Of a DNA stretch of 64,000 nucleotides, positions 26,569 to 40,000 are shown piece by piece. A program made the position numbers and the translations under genes. The notes under the pieces were generated by a model that saw nothing but the letters and a program-made list of their open reading frames with translations, did not search any database and was not told where the DNA came from. Source of the stretch: a virus (taxonomy: Duplodnaviria; Caudoviricetes); IMG/VR virus record IMGVR_UViG_3300029928_000009, positions 1 to 64,000 of that record. One strand, given 5' to 3'. The stretch's first letter is position 1, and each line of letters opens with the position of its first letter.

Positions 26569-28014
26569 ATGGCGAATTATTTTATAAACAATGATGAGAA
26601 GCAGAAGACTCCAACGGGTACAGTTACTCCTACGGTTCAGCCGAACGGCAAGACAGAGGCTCCGGCAGATGCGAAGAAGATAACTACTCCAGTTGGTGGT
26701 GATGCTGTCAATACTCCAGTTCAGCAACAGGCGGTAGTTCCAGCTTCAAGCAATGCAGTTGGTAATGCCCAGCAGGGGGCTCCTCAGCCAACTCCCGAAC
26801 AGGTTCAGCCACAGAATTACTTTGCTCCGAATACTGCGACGAAAGATGTTACCCAAGGTGAGCAGCAAGAGCAGAGTGGTGAAGATGAGGGTCTGAGTGA
26901 TGATGAAAAGGCATCGATAGCAATGAACGATGCCATTCTGAACAATTACAGGAAGCAGTATAAACAGGCGAGCGATGTAACGCAGGGAGTGTTTGATTAT
27001 CTGAATGGTGGTGCACAGAAAGAGGAAGAGCCTTATAAGAAGAAGAACAATGCGAAGGAGAAACTGTATGCCTTGGCAGATGCGATAAGACAGATTGGTA
27101 ATTTGGCTTATGTTACGAAGGGCGCGACACCACAGAAGTTCAACAACCCGGTAGCAGAGCAAGAGGCGAAGTATCAGCAGGAGAAAGCTCTTAGGGATAA
27201 GGATAGAGCTGCGAGAGCCGATGCTGCACAGAAGAAAGCCAAGATGGATGCAGATGCAGCATATAAGGATGCTTTGTTGGCAATGAAGAACAATGAGTTC
27301 AATAGGAATGTCTTTAATGATTACCGGAAGGCTAAAGAGAATGCAGACAAGTTCGCTTGGAACAAACAGAAGGATCAAGCAAATTTGGATTTGAGGGGCA
27401 GAGCATTGGACGATGCCAGGGAGTACCACAACAAGCAATTGGCACAAGGCGAGAGGAGGCTGCAGCTTAGTGCACAGAGAAACGCTATTGAGGCGGCGAA
27501 GGGCGGCTCTTCTGGAGGGAAGTCAGCTTCACTGACAAATCTTTCTTCTCCGTCCGGTCATTTGAACCGCAAGAAAGACTTGAATTCAATAGAGAAGAAG
27601 CAGATTACTCAATACTTGATAAACAATGGATTTATCAACAAGGCGAATATGGATATGTGGAAGAGGTATAATATGCTTGGAGACTCAAAGAGTGCAAACG
27701 ACCTCCAAAACTATTGGATAGCCTATGCTGCAAATATGGCAGGCAAAAAGGGTGATGCGTTCCGCAAGGTGTTGAAAGACCATTATATGTATGGTGAGAC
27801 TACGACAGTGAGTGCACCAAAGAAACCAGCCACTCCAAAGAAGCCAGCATCTAAACCGCAGCAAAGTAAATCGGCATCTAAACCGCAGCAGCAGAAGCCA
27901 GCATCTAAACCAGCAGCGAAGAAACCTGCGGCACGCCAGAACGGAGGGCAGAATAAGAGTGGTGTCGGGAAAAGCCATAATGGCTATAAGCACACCAAAG
28001 CATTAGGATTATAA
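26569..28014 (+). CDS. Putative ejection protein 2
   Basis: Low-complexity termini, coiled-coil core, KPASKP repeats; located between the other ejection-like genes. Confidence 0.6.
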   Translation: MANYFINNDEKQKTPTGTVTPTVQPNGKTEAPADAKKITTPVGGDAVNTPVQQQAVVPASSNAVGNAQQGAPQPTPEQVQPQNYFAPNTATKDVTQGEQQEQSGEDEGLSDDEKASIAMNDAILNNYRKQYKQASDVTQGVFDYLNGGAQKEEEPYKKKNNAKEKLYALADAIRQIGNLAYVTKGATPQKFNNPVAEQEAKYQQEKALRDKDRAARADAAQKKAKMDADAAYKDALLAMKNNEFNRNVFNDYRKAKENADKFAWNKQKDQANLDLRGRALDDAREYHNKQLAQGERRLQLSAQRNAIEAAKGGSSGGKSASLTNLSSPSGHLNRKKDLNSIEKKQITQYLINNGFINKANMDMWKRYNMLGDSKSANDLQNYWIAYAANMAGKKGDAFRKVLKDHYMYGETTTVSAPKKPATPKKPASKPQQSKSASKPQQQKPASKPAAKKPAARQNGGQNKSGVGKSHNGYKHTKALGL

Positions 28015-28031
28015 ACAAAAATATAAATAAT

Positions 28032-31000
28032 ATGGGTGGAGATAAATTTGACCAGCTATACAATGCGCTAAAAGCAGATGGCGCAGTGTCAGGAACGAGA
28101 GAGAATTTTAAGAAATTCGTCTATGCTCCGGGCAAACAGGGTTATCAGAACAGATTGCAGCTGTATAATGCCCTTCATGCAGATGGGGCGGTATCAAGTA
28201 AATCTTATGAGGAGTTTGCACAAAAGATAGGACTGCACGCAGTAAACAATACAAAACAGCCAACAGCTCAACCTCGGAGCAAGGCTGCACAACAGGCGGT
28301 GGCTTATAAGGCTCCGCAAGTGCCGGAGAACTTTGGCACTCTTGATACGACGACAGCCGGGCAATCTTGGCTGCAAAGACAGAACAGCGAGAGCAAGCCT
28401 GTCAACAGAATAAATGTGGCAAAAGATACACCGGTTGATGTTACATCGAGAGTAACGGGTAAGCAAGGTAAAGCCCCACGTGTCGTAAAGCATAATAAAA
28501 ACGAGTTTTTCACCCAAACCCAATTAGGGGATAGTGATTTGGCTCTTGACTATGGATTTGAGGGGAGAACGCAAAAGGTAGAGGATGACAAGAAAAGAGC
28601 CGCAGCATTGTTGCTTGACCAGCTTACAAAATCAGACTTTGACGAAATAGACAAACTCTATGCGCAAAAGTCTGGCAAACTTTTCGGAAAAGGCATGATT
28701 TCCGGGATTACTACCGACCCAAATGATGCTATGGGGACAATGCTTGGCTCTATGCGTGAGGCAAGTCAGAAGTATGGCACAGATGCAATAATAGCTGCAT
28801 ACAACAAAGCGATTCCTTCGATATTCAGTAACGACAGTTCCCGTAAGGCAATACTGGAGCAGTCAAAGAAACTCGGAATGGACCCAGATGTTTTTGTTCA
28901 GCAATACATGCTCCCAAATATTGAAAAATCAATTCATGACCGACTCGTCAAGCAGCACATGCCAAAGTCTGATATGGATTACGTCATGAGGGGAGTTCTC
29001 AATGGTGTTGGAGGAAATCTGTTTACTCGCGGCGTCATGACAAAGACAGGAAGAGATATAATGAATGAAGGACATGAAAAATATCTCTCGAATATTGAAG
29101 AGCGTATAAAAGATGATGGAGTGTTTAGTAAGGCTGGAGTAGCCAAGTATGGTAACACGACCATGGGAATGGCATCTGATATTGCCGCGTTTGCTGGAGC
29201 CGGAAAGATTGCAGGCGGAATGATGTCCGGTCTTGGTACAGGTGTAAGCTTACTAACAAATACACCACTCGGCAAGCGACTTATTGGCGGTGCGATAACG
29301 TCAACAAGCAAATTGGTAGAGAAGTATGGTGTAGAGGGGGCCGCGAGAATAGCAAGCTTTGTTGGAAATAATAAAACATGGCTGGGCACGATACTTACGG
29401 ATGGCGCAAAAGGAACATTAAGAAGCGGTCTTACCCTTGGTAACTATGGCGCAATGCAATACGTTACAGGTGAAGGATATGACAAGGCGGAAAGTGGTGA
29501 TACGGATAATTGGATCGGCGGTCTGTTTAATAGTTATTCGGATGAATTTAAGACAGGTCTGAAGTTTGGTGTTGTTGGGGCTGTCGGCTCGACAATAGGA
29601 CGTAACGTCGGAATTACGGGAGCGGAGACAAGTAACCTTCAAAGAATAAAGAATGGAATAAAGAAAGCTTCCGTTTCAACAGGAGCCTTTGTTGCAGAGA
29701 GCCTTGCCTTTAGGTCAGACCAAATAGCAGAAGAATGGGCGAAGGATCATAAAATAAACTTCATGGACAACTTTATCCAAGGAGCTTGTGAGAATATGGC
29801 AATGAAGTTGGGAAGCGGTCATTATAAACAATTTAGTCCGAAGAATATTCTTCGTAGCATGACGATGGCTGCTGGAGATAAGAGCCTAAAGCTTACTGAT
29901 ACAGAGAAGAGGATATTCCTTGAAAATACAGATGCAAGAAACCTTGTTGAGGCATGCGAAGCGTTGGAGCCAAACCATAAGACACAGGGTGAAGGTCTTG
30001 CTTCGGAAAATACTTCCGGCATGAAGTATAAAGACCGTGTAGCTGTTGTAAATAAAAAACAGCGAGACCTTTCGGCAAGAGATGCGCAGGGTAATGCCGT
30101 TGGCAAATTGCAGCAGTTCCTTGACAACAAAGAAATACCTTTGAAGTTGAGGATGAAAGTTTCTGCAGCACTTGGTGGAACAATGGGAACAAAAATACCA
30201 AGAGCAAGCAGAATAGTTATTGAGCAGGGTGCGAACGGCAAGAATATCGTAAAGGAGTATGCCGAAGATGGAGAATTGATAGATGCTAAGGAACACTCCA
30301 CTTATGGCGGTGCAGAGGAAGATAGACAAGAGCGCTATCTAAGAAGACAAGACCGCGATTTTAAAGACGAGTACTTAAACGCTATGGACGTTACCACACA
30401 GGAAGACATGATGTCTGTAATGGAGCTTGTAGCCAAAGATAACGGCTTTGACAGCATACAGGATATGATACATGAAAGCGCTTTACGGAACTCACAGGGG
30501 GACGATAGTCTTGACAAAAAGATAAAGGCAGACTATAAGAAGCGAGGCGAGGAATACGCTGGTACTAAAGCCAAGAGGGTGCTTGATATTCAGAGAGCAG
30601 TCAGTGAAGAATATAAGGTAGACCTTGACAAGGCTATGGACAAAGATTTCATGCTAAGGACGGATGAGGAGAATGAAGCCATAGACGAATTCAAAAGGCG
30701 CTTACGCGGAATGAACACCGACAAGAACGATGAGGCGCAGAACAAAGCTGTTGCACACCAAGACGGAGCGGACTTGTCGGAGCAGACGGAGTTGGAGGAT
30801 AGCGAGAAGTTTACGGAGAACGCAAAGACTGTGAACGACAGACAAGCATCTGCAACGGCAGCTTGGATGGAGATGGTGAAGAACACTCCGGAACTGGAAG
30901 AGTGGATGAAGAATAATCCAGATGCTACCGTTGAGGAAATGCGTGATAACTTCGGTGATGATGTTGCTGATGCCTATATGGAACTGAGCAAGGCGAAGTC

Positions 31001-34000
31001 TATGAAAGACGGTTTCATCCAAAATACTTCGCAGAAGATAGAGGATGCCGTGCAGAACCAAGTGGCGCAGGCGAGGTTTACGGGAACTATGCAAAACAAG
31101 CAAGGTGCCAAAGTTGCGACAGATAACACTGTTACTATTTTTTCAGACAAAGACGGGAATGAATATACTCTTGTTGGTGGAGATGTAATTGTTGATACGG
31201 CAGGAGACGGTTCGTATAGCGTCGGGAAGTCGGGGCTTGTGATATTCCGTGATAAAGACGGTAATACTGTTCAACGTACAAACTTTGACGGTCTGACCGA
31301 AGTCGGGACACTGTCGGCAGAGGATTATGCCAACCGCGTTCGCACGACCTTACAGGAACGGAAGACAGCCGAGATACAGAGTTCTGAAACGCCATTGCCG
31401 GAGGTTCAGAAGGAAGAACCAAAGGGAGAGAAGAAATCTGACGAACCTAATGGTGAGGGCGAGTCTTCACACAAGGAAGAGGACGAACCATATAAGATAG
31501 GCGATGAGGTAGAGTTGCGTGATGTCCTTTTTGATGGAGAAGATACAGATAAGACAAGAAAGTACAAAATTGTCGGCTATGATAAAGATACCAAAAGATG
31601 GAAAATGGTAGGTCCTGACGGTATCGAAACTCTCAGTGCTGAAACGTCATATCTTGACGATAATATCGTTAAGCCGAACAAAAATGTTCCTCATGGGCGA
31701 AAGATTATTACACACCATTTAGACATGCTTGATAAGGCGGAAAGTCCGGAGGAAAAACTCAATGCAATAAGCGCAATAAGGAATAATGTAAAGAATGGCG
31801 GTATAATCACAACCGAGGAACAAGCCAAGGTAAACAAGATAGAGCAAGAACTCAAAGAGCAAGGCTATGAAATCGTAGACTTGACAGGCAAGGAATATAA
31901 CGGAGGTGAAAAGGTTGAAATTTCACAAAGTATATCCGTTGAACCCGGCGACCCATTATATGACAAACTTGAAGACGGACAGACTATTATCAAATCTGTG
32001 CGAAAACCGCAGATAATGAAAGATGGAAAACTCTACCGGTCAGCAGAAGTAATAACTGCAACAAGAGAGGACACATCAGTATCAACAGTTTTGTATGACG
32101 ACAAACTTGTGCTTGGCGGTATACAAAAAATTAAGAATCCAAGTGAGACAGTCCTAAAACGGATAGACGACTTGAAGGCGGAAATCTCCGAGCTTGAAAA
32201 GAAGAAAGCTGAGGAATTGAAGAAAACCGATAACAACAATGAAACGGAAGAGGAAATTCCGAAGTTCAAGGACGGAACGGCGGTTCCGATGAATGAGAAG
32301 GGAGAGCCGGACTTTAGCAAGATGGCACCCGAACAGGGAGCAGAGCTTTATGAAGAGAACTTCGGTGCTGATGCAGAGAGTACGCTTGCGAACGAAAGGA
32401 AAGCAGCAGAGAAAGCCTTGAAGGACGCCAACAAGATGAAGATAAGCGGTAGCGGTTGGAGTGAAAAGGTGAAGGCAAAGAAAGAGAAAGAAGCAACAAT
32501 AGCGGCAGCACAGGCAGAGATAGACAGAGTAGACGCTATACAGAAGGCACTGACAGCAAAGAAAGTTGAGGGAACACTTGCTGCAAGCAAACCGGAAATC
32601 GCAGATGGCGAAGAGGCTAATACGGCAGGAAGTGTTGCTGCTGAAAAGTTCCAGAAAGCATCAAAGGTTGTTGGCCGTAAAGGTTCACGGACACTTGCGG
32701 ACGGAACGAAGATAAAGGGAACATATATGATTGTTCCGGCAGAGAGCCTTACTGCAAGCCATGATGCGACAAACGGCTATAAGAAGAGCGAAGGCTTCCC
32801 TGTGAATGAAGAGGGCAGAACAATCAACGACAGAGATTATGAGCACGATAAGGATGCACAGGATGTAACTGAGCAGATGAGTGCCAAATATGACGGACAG
32901 GCTGTAAACCAAGTTCCAACGGTAAGCGATGAGGGAATTGTTTATGACGGTAACGGCAGAACAATGGCAGGACAGCTTGCAGCAAAGAAAGGCACGGACA
33001 AGGAATACATCGAAGCCTTGAAAGAGAATGCAGAAGCATTTGGACTTACAGCCGAAGATGTAGACAAGATAGAGCACCCGAGAGTGATATTCGTGCCGGA
33101 CGAACGATTGCCATACGACACGGAGACCTTTGCGAGGTTCAACAGGAATGAGAAGAAATCACAGAGCAATACGCAAGAGGCTATTGCCAACAGCAAGAAA
33201 CTGTCGGCAAAAGATGTAGGCGCAATCATTAGCGAGATGGAGAGTTCGGGTAGTTTGGATAGTTTCTTTAACAATCCGAAAGCAATAAATGAACTGGTAA
33301 AGACGTTAGTAGAGAAAGGTGTAATCGGTCAGAACGAAGTTGCCGGACTTATGGATGGAGATCTGATGTCAGCAAAAGGCAGGGAGTTTGTACAGAACCT
33401 CTTGCTTGGTGCGGTATTCAAGGAGGACACCTTAAAGATGATGGGTATCGAGAAAGGCTTGAAGAGCAAGGCTCTCAACGCTATGCGTCAGATTATGGAC
33501 AACGCGAAGTTGGGTGAGTATTCTCTTAGAGAAGAAATAGACAAGGCTGTCCAGTTGCTTTATGAGGCAAAGAGAAAAGGCTACACCGTAGACGGTCTGT
33601 TACGACAGCCGGAAATGTTCGGAGAGTCAGCATCGGAGCGTTACCCGATAGAGGTGCAGATAATGGCAAAGGCACTGGAGGGCAAGGTCGCAGACTTCAA
33701 GGAAATCATGGAGGCTTACAACCGGAATGCACAGGCATACAATACAGGTGAGGTAGACATGTTTGGCGATAAGCCTACAAAGGAAGAGTTTATTAACGAG
33801 ATATTAAAACTTGAAAGTTGGAAGAAGTATGACACAAGAAAAGAACAACAAGCCGAGCAAGGCACAGTTGATGATGGCAGCACTAAAGGAAGTGAACCGG
33901 AGACACGAGGAGATAATGAAAAAGGAAAAGGAGGAGTAAAGCTCGAAGACCCATCCAATGCAGAGGAGGGACTAAGGGCAAATGCCGAGGCATACAAGAA

Positions 34001-37000
34001 AGAGGAGGCAAAGGAAGAGCAACCACCTACCGATACTGGAACGAAGAAGTGGGAGGATATGACACCCGAAGAAAAGGGCAAGGAGGCAGACGAACACCCA
34101 CTTACTGAGGAGGAGATACGGAATGGGGCGAGTGAAGAGAATCAAGAGCTTGTAGCGGCGGCAATAGCCTACGTGGACGGCGACAAGAGTTTATTAAACC
34201 AAATAGCTTATTTAAAAATTTACGGAGATGTTAGGAATCGACATGAGAATGTTCCCGGCAATAGCGGAACAGAAGACGGAACACAGTTGGCTGCAACCGA
34301 TAATGGAAGCGGCAACGGATTGGAGCTGGAGCCAGGACGAGGCAGCGGAGGAGTTGCTGAGCCAGTGGATAAAGGAGCAGGCGGAGAAACTGCACCCGGA
34401 GAGCCAGAGAGCGGAGAGAATGGTGAGGGAGGTGCTAATCCTCCTGCTGGAAAACAAGGCGATAGCCAAGGTGAAGGAGGAACACCCGGAGTGGGCGGAC
34501 TATCTGCCGGAAGTACTAAACCCGAAGGAAGCGGCACAACTGGCGGCAAGGGAAGTGTGGGCAGAGGAGGAAGACGAGGAGGCAGCGGAGGACCTTCTAA
34601 GTCAGATGCAAAGCGGAAGCCTACAGCCAAGCAAGGAACTATCTTCCCGGATAGCAAAGGGAAAGATGTAAAGAAAGAAACGAGCGATGCAAAGGCAGCG
34701 ATGAAAGCAGCCTTTGCTAAGTTCAAAGAGCTAAACAAAAAAGATAAAGGCAAATTGTCTTCGTCATTATTGTTTGGTTTGGAGAATAAAATACCGACAG
34801 CAGAAGCACTTGAATATCTGCCCGAAGTAATGAAAGCCACAGGGCGGTATGGAATTGCCGTAATGCGAGAGGGCATCTACAAGGCTAAAGAATGGTTTGA
34901 CAGTGTTCGAGAGGCTATATCAGACGATATGAAAGACTGTGGCTTTTCTGACGAAGATGTGGATGCTTTCATAAGAGAGATGTGGCACATGCCTTGGACA
35001 ATGGACGGTGAGACCCATAAGATAGGCGAGTGGTCGAGCATCTACGGATATTCCACACTGAGAAGCAAACTGAAAGAACCACTGAAAAAGAAATTCGATG
35101 CACAGGTACTTGCCGAGCCGACAGAAGTAAAGGTTGGCGACAAGAAGAATATCGAGGAAACCTTGCCGTTCCTTTTGCCACAGCAGCAAGACGATGTGCT
35201 GAGAGCCGAGACGCAGTTCTTTGACGAGAGCCACAAGGATAAAGCTCACGCTGGAGGCAAGGGGTATATGTTTACCAACGGCACGGAAACAGGAAAGACC
35301 TATACTGGATTAGGCATCGTAAAGCGAATGGTGAAACAAGGAAAGAAGCGAATCCTTATCATAACACCAAGTCAGGCGAAAGTAACCGACTGGAAGAATG
35401 ACGGAAAGAACCTGTGCCTTGACATCAGAGACCTCGACGACTGGGCAAAAGAACATGGCACGACAGCGACGACGGAGAAAGGCGAGGGTGTGGTGATAAC
35501 GACCTTTGCCAATTTTAGAGCCAACAAGTCATTGCTTGAAGACCAGTTCGACATGGTTGTATATGATGAGAGCCACAGAATCATGGAGAACAAGAAAGGT
35601 ATAGATACCGAGGGTAGCAGGCAGCACTATATGCTGACGAACAGGAATGAGGACTATGCCTTGATGCGTCTTGAAGAAACCAACGAAGACTGGCAGAAGC
35701 TGAAAGGTCTTGCCGGGGACTTTGACAATGCAAGAAAGAAAAAGATAAACGAGATAGAGGAGCAGTACAGAAAAGAAAATCCAAGTGCAACGGACAGAGA
35801 CGTGAGGAATGCTACACAGAAGTTGTACCCAAAGGATATGAACAGCTTTAGCGTAGCAGAGAAGCAGAAGTTTCCCGAGTTGGGCAAAATATATGATGAT
35901 TACATTGCAACCATCAGTCATTATGAGACAGACGTAAAGCCGGGACTTGTAGAGCAGGCAAAGAAATCGGTAGACGCGACAAAGGTAGTATTCCTTTCTG
36001 CGACACCATTCAATTCAAGAGAGAATATAGAATATGCCGAGGGCTACTTGTTCTCATATCCCGAGAGGAACGCTATGGGACAGAGCGGCAAGATGCAGCG
36101 ATGGAGGGAGAAGATGGGCGAGACCTACGACAAGTACTCCCAAATGGAAAAGACCGAACAGAACGGCGATAAGCAAGCCGTGTTCGGAGAACTGAAAGAA
36201 CTCGCATGCAAGCTTGCCGGAATGACCGAAGATGAAATGAGGAGGTATCTGACATCGAAGAATAGCAAAGGCTATGACGATGGAGGTGTGAGGTTTAGAA
36301 TGGAACTTGGCAAGACTTTCTCTGATTCAAAGGAAGATTTTGACGGTGTTAGAGATAGAGCTGTGGAAGAGAAAGGTATCGTAATGCCTAACCTAAATAA
36401 GGAAAGCGTTAAGGTTGTGTCTGTGGAGAAGCATAGGTTCGGTGAAGATGTAGGCAAGATGCTTGATAATGCGGAAGAATGGGCAAAGTCTAATCTTGTT
36501 ACAACGGACAAATCAAATTTGCCAACAATGCGTGATGGCACACCTTATACTATAAGTAAGAACGCTATCGATAAGTATTTGTCTTCAAGTGCCACAAAAA
36601 AGAGCGACAACCTTGGTGTTCATCTTTCTGTTCTCCCAAATCTTAAAGATGTTATCCATGAAAGCATCGAAACCGAGATACACCCAGATTATAACAAGGG
36701 TGAAGACGGAAACCGAAGCATAGGGAATGGATATGGAAATAATGTGTTGGTTCATCGTTTGTATGGTGCCGTGAAACTTGATGGTAAAATTTATCGTGTA
36801 AAAACGACCATGCAGGAGTTTAGAGGCGGCGAAGAGAATAAGCCTCACAGCTATGAGGTAACAAGAATAGAGCTGTTGGAAGGCTCTGAGGCAGCGAAAG
36901 AATCCGACAGTCTCCATGTGAGCAGGACAACCAACAACTCTATTTCTGCTGCAAAGTTACTAAATGGAGTTGGAAAATCCTACGATAAAGGGAAAAAACT

Positions 37001-40000
37001 TCTTGACGAGAGTAAAGATTTAGCAGATGGAGAGACACGTTTCCGCAAGGACGAAAGCGAAAATGCCACGAGCGGAGAACTTACTCCACGCGAGAGAGAG
37101 CAGCAGGAGCAGATGGAGAAGCACAGAGCCACTGTTCTGAAAACTACCGAGAAGCTGAATACCAGAACTACAATCCACGACAGTTTGGAGGATATTGAGA
37201 ATGAGACAGTGCGCAAGGCTATCGAGAATGGCGAGAAGGTAAAGGCTTGGTATGATATGAAGACCGGGGAAGTTCATCTGTATCTGCCGAACGTAACCGA
37301 CAAGTATGATGCACAGAAGAGTATAGTGCATGAAGTTGTAGGACACAAGGGAATGAGAAATCTCCTTGGCGAAAGCGGTTATAGAGACATGATGCGCAGA
37401 ATGTATACCCACCTTAGCGCAGAAGAAGCAGCCGAAGTGAATGAACGCATGATGAAAAACGGCTGGGACTTCTATACCGCAATGGACGAGTGGGTTGCAG
37501 ACAAGGCAGAAGAAAGCGTGTGGACACCGCAGGAATATCCGAAGTATATAGGATTGAGCAACCTTTGGAGTCATATCAAACATTATGTTACCGAGGCAAT
37601 CCATAAGGCTGGATATAATATCAACCCGAATGTGGACGATGTGAAGTACTGGCTTTGGGAGAGCAAGAGAGCTTTGCAGAATGGCGATACCTATACCGAG
37701 ATGAAGAGAAACTCCTTCCTTTGGAGATTAAACCACGGCACAGGAAAAGAAACACTTGACGATGTTATAAATTCGCCTGCATATAATCACGGTGATGCAC
37801 AAGAGAGTGTGAGATACCGCAAGGAAACCAGTGATGATGCAATGATAGAAGAGGCTAAAACACTTTTCCGCAAGGGTAGCCTTGATTACAGCAAGAACGA
37901 CACGCCACAGGAAACGGCAACAAAGGATGCCATAGAGCAAAGACTGGGCAGTTGGCAGTACCGCGAAACCGAAGCGTGGAAAGACAACATGGCAAGTCTG
38001 GACACGACACAGAAAGAGATGAGCAAGAGCATAAAGAACTTTGATTCATCAATGGACGTGTATCACGGAGCAATAAACCAAAGTTCGGTAGTAGCCGAGA
38101 AGAGAGCCAACTTCGAGAGAAGAGAGCTGAAGGACCTCCAGCAAGCACTAAGGAAGCCAACCAAAGCACTTGGAGGCGGAGAAAGAGGTTATGAGAACGT
38201 GAACATGTATATCTACATGAAGAGTGGACTGGAGAGAAACCGTGTGCTGCTTGTAAGAGATGTAGCCAATAATATAGATACGAGGATAAAGAAGTTCAAT
38301 GCCGAGCTAAGGGAAAACGATCCGAAAGCAAACGTGATAACCTTTACAGGAATAGAGCAGTACAGGGATGAGTTCCATGCCGAGAAAGACTATCTTACCA
38401 CATTGTTGGAGCAAGGGCAGATAGACCTGCACCAATACTACGACAAGCTCGACAAGTTTATCAGAGACTTTGAGTTTACGAAGACAGGCGACAAAGCGGT
38501 AGACGCAAAGATAGACAAGCTGAACAAATGGTATAAAGACAGTGTAGCCGACAAGTACGATCCAAATGGAAACGACTATTCGGGAATATCGTCAATCGTG
38601 CAGTACAGAGTAAACGGACAGTTCAGCGACAGCGCAATCATAGATGCCGTGATGCAAGCAGAGAATACAATCGGAATAGACGATGTTGAAAATCTATGGT
38701 CGGCAGTAAGAGGAGTAACCGGATATGCACTGGAGAGCGACCACAAATATGGAATAGTAAGCAGTGCAGCCAAAGACAGAGCCAAGGGAATGTTCAACTG
38801 GTATATTCCGATGCGAGGATTCAAGGAAGACTCAATGGAAGACAGCTACGCATATATGCACAGCGATTCAAACAAGCTTGCAAGTTCAAGTCTGAAAACC
38901 GCCAAAGGACGAACAACCCTTGCACAAAGTCCATTAGGCACAGCAGCAGCAATGGCAGAAAGGGCAATATCAAGAGGCGAAGACAATGCCAACAAGCAGA
39001 GAATGTATCGCCTTGCAAACGCATGGCTGAAAGAACATACAGAGGAAGACGGTAATGGCGGTATGAGACTGACCGAAGTCCCTCCAGTAATGGTGAGCGA
39101 TGTCTGGTACGAGAAGAAATACGACAGCTTGGGAAATGAGTATTGGGAAGTAGCCACCCCCGACATAAAGCCTGATATGAGTGCAGAGGCAATCCGCAAA
39201 GAGATAACCGACTTCGAGAACGATATGAAAGCCAAGCAAGCAAAAGGCGGAGCAACAAAGACCCTGCAAAAGGGGGGTTATGCAAAGCCGTTTGAAGACC
39301 CGATGCACAAGAAGCAGAATATCGTTACCGTATGGTTCGGAGGCAAGCAGAGACAGATAATCTTCACAGGTAATCCGAGAGCAGCGCAAGCACTGAACGG
39401 AGAGTTGAAGAGTGATGAACACGGTAACAGATTGATGCGATTTATGGGAAGCATGTTTACATCGTATAACGTAACCTTCTCCGTAAGTAATCTTAGCCGC
39501 GATACATTATTTGCGAATAACAATATCTCGATAAAGGAAAACGCAGAGTATTATGCAAGGTTCACGGCAATGCAGGCAAGACTGTTGGGCGGACAGACAA
39601 TAGGGATGCTAACAGCTAACGTACACGAGAAAGTACGTGGTGAATACTTCAACATGTGGGCACATTACAAACAAGGCAAAGCTCCAAAGGGCGACCTCGA
39701 AAAACTGTTCTATGAGTTTATGGACAATGGCGGTAAGACCGGATTTGTAAAGACAAAGACGATAGACAACTTCGAGGACGAGATAAGAAAGAATGCCGGA
39801 GGACGGAAAGCCATGGAGACAGTAGGCAAGGTGTTACATTCTCTACCCGAAGTAATCGAAGGTCTGAACGAAAGAGCTGAAAACCTAAACCGCTTTGCTT
39901 GCTACGCCACAAGTCGCAAGATGGGAAGAAGCATAATGAGAAGTATCACCGATGCGAAAGAAGTAAGCGTAAACTTCAACCGCCGAGGTTTGGGGGCAAA

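Noticed and set aside
27820-27925. GCATCTAAACC repeats
   Set aside because: They encode a low-complexity KPASKP linker; an ordinary coding repeat
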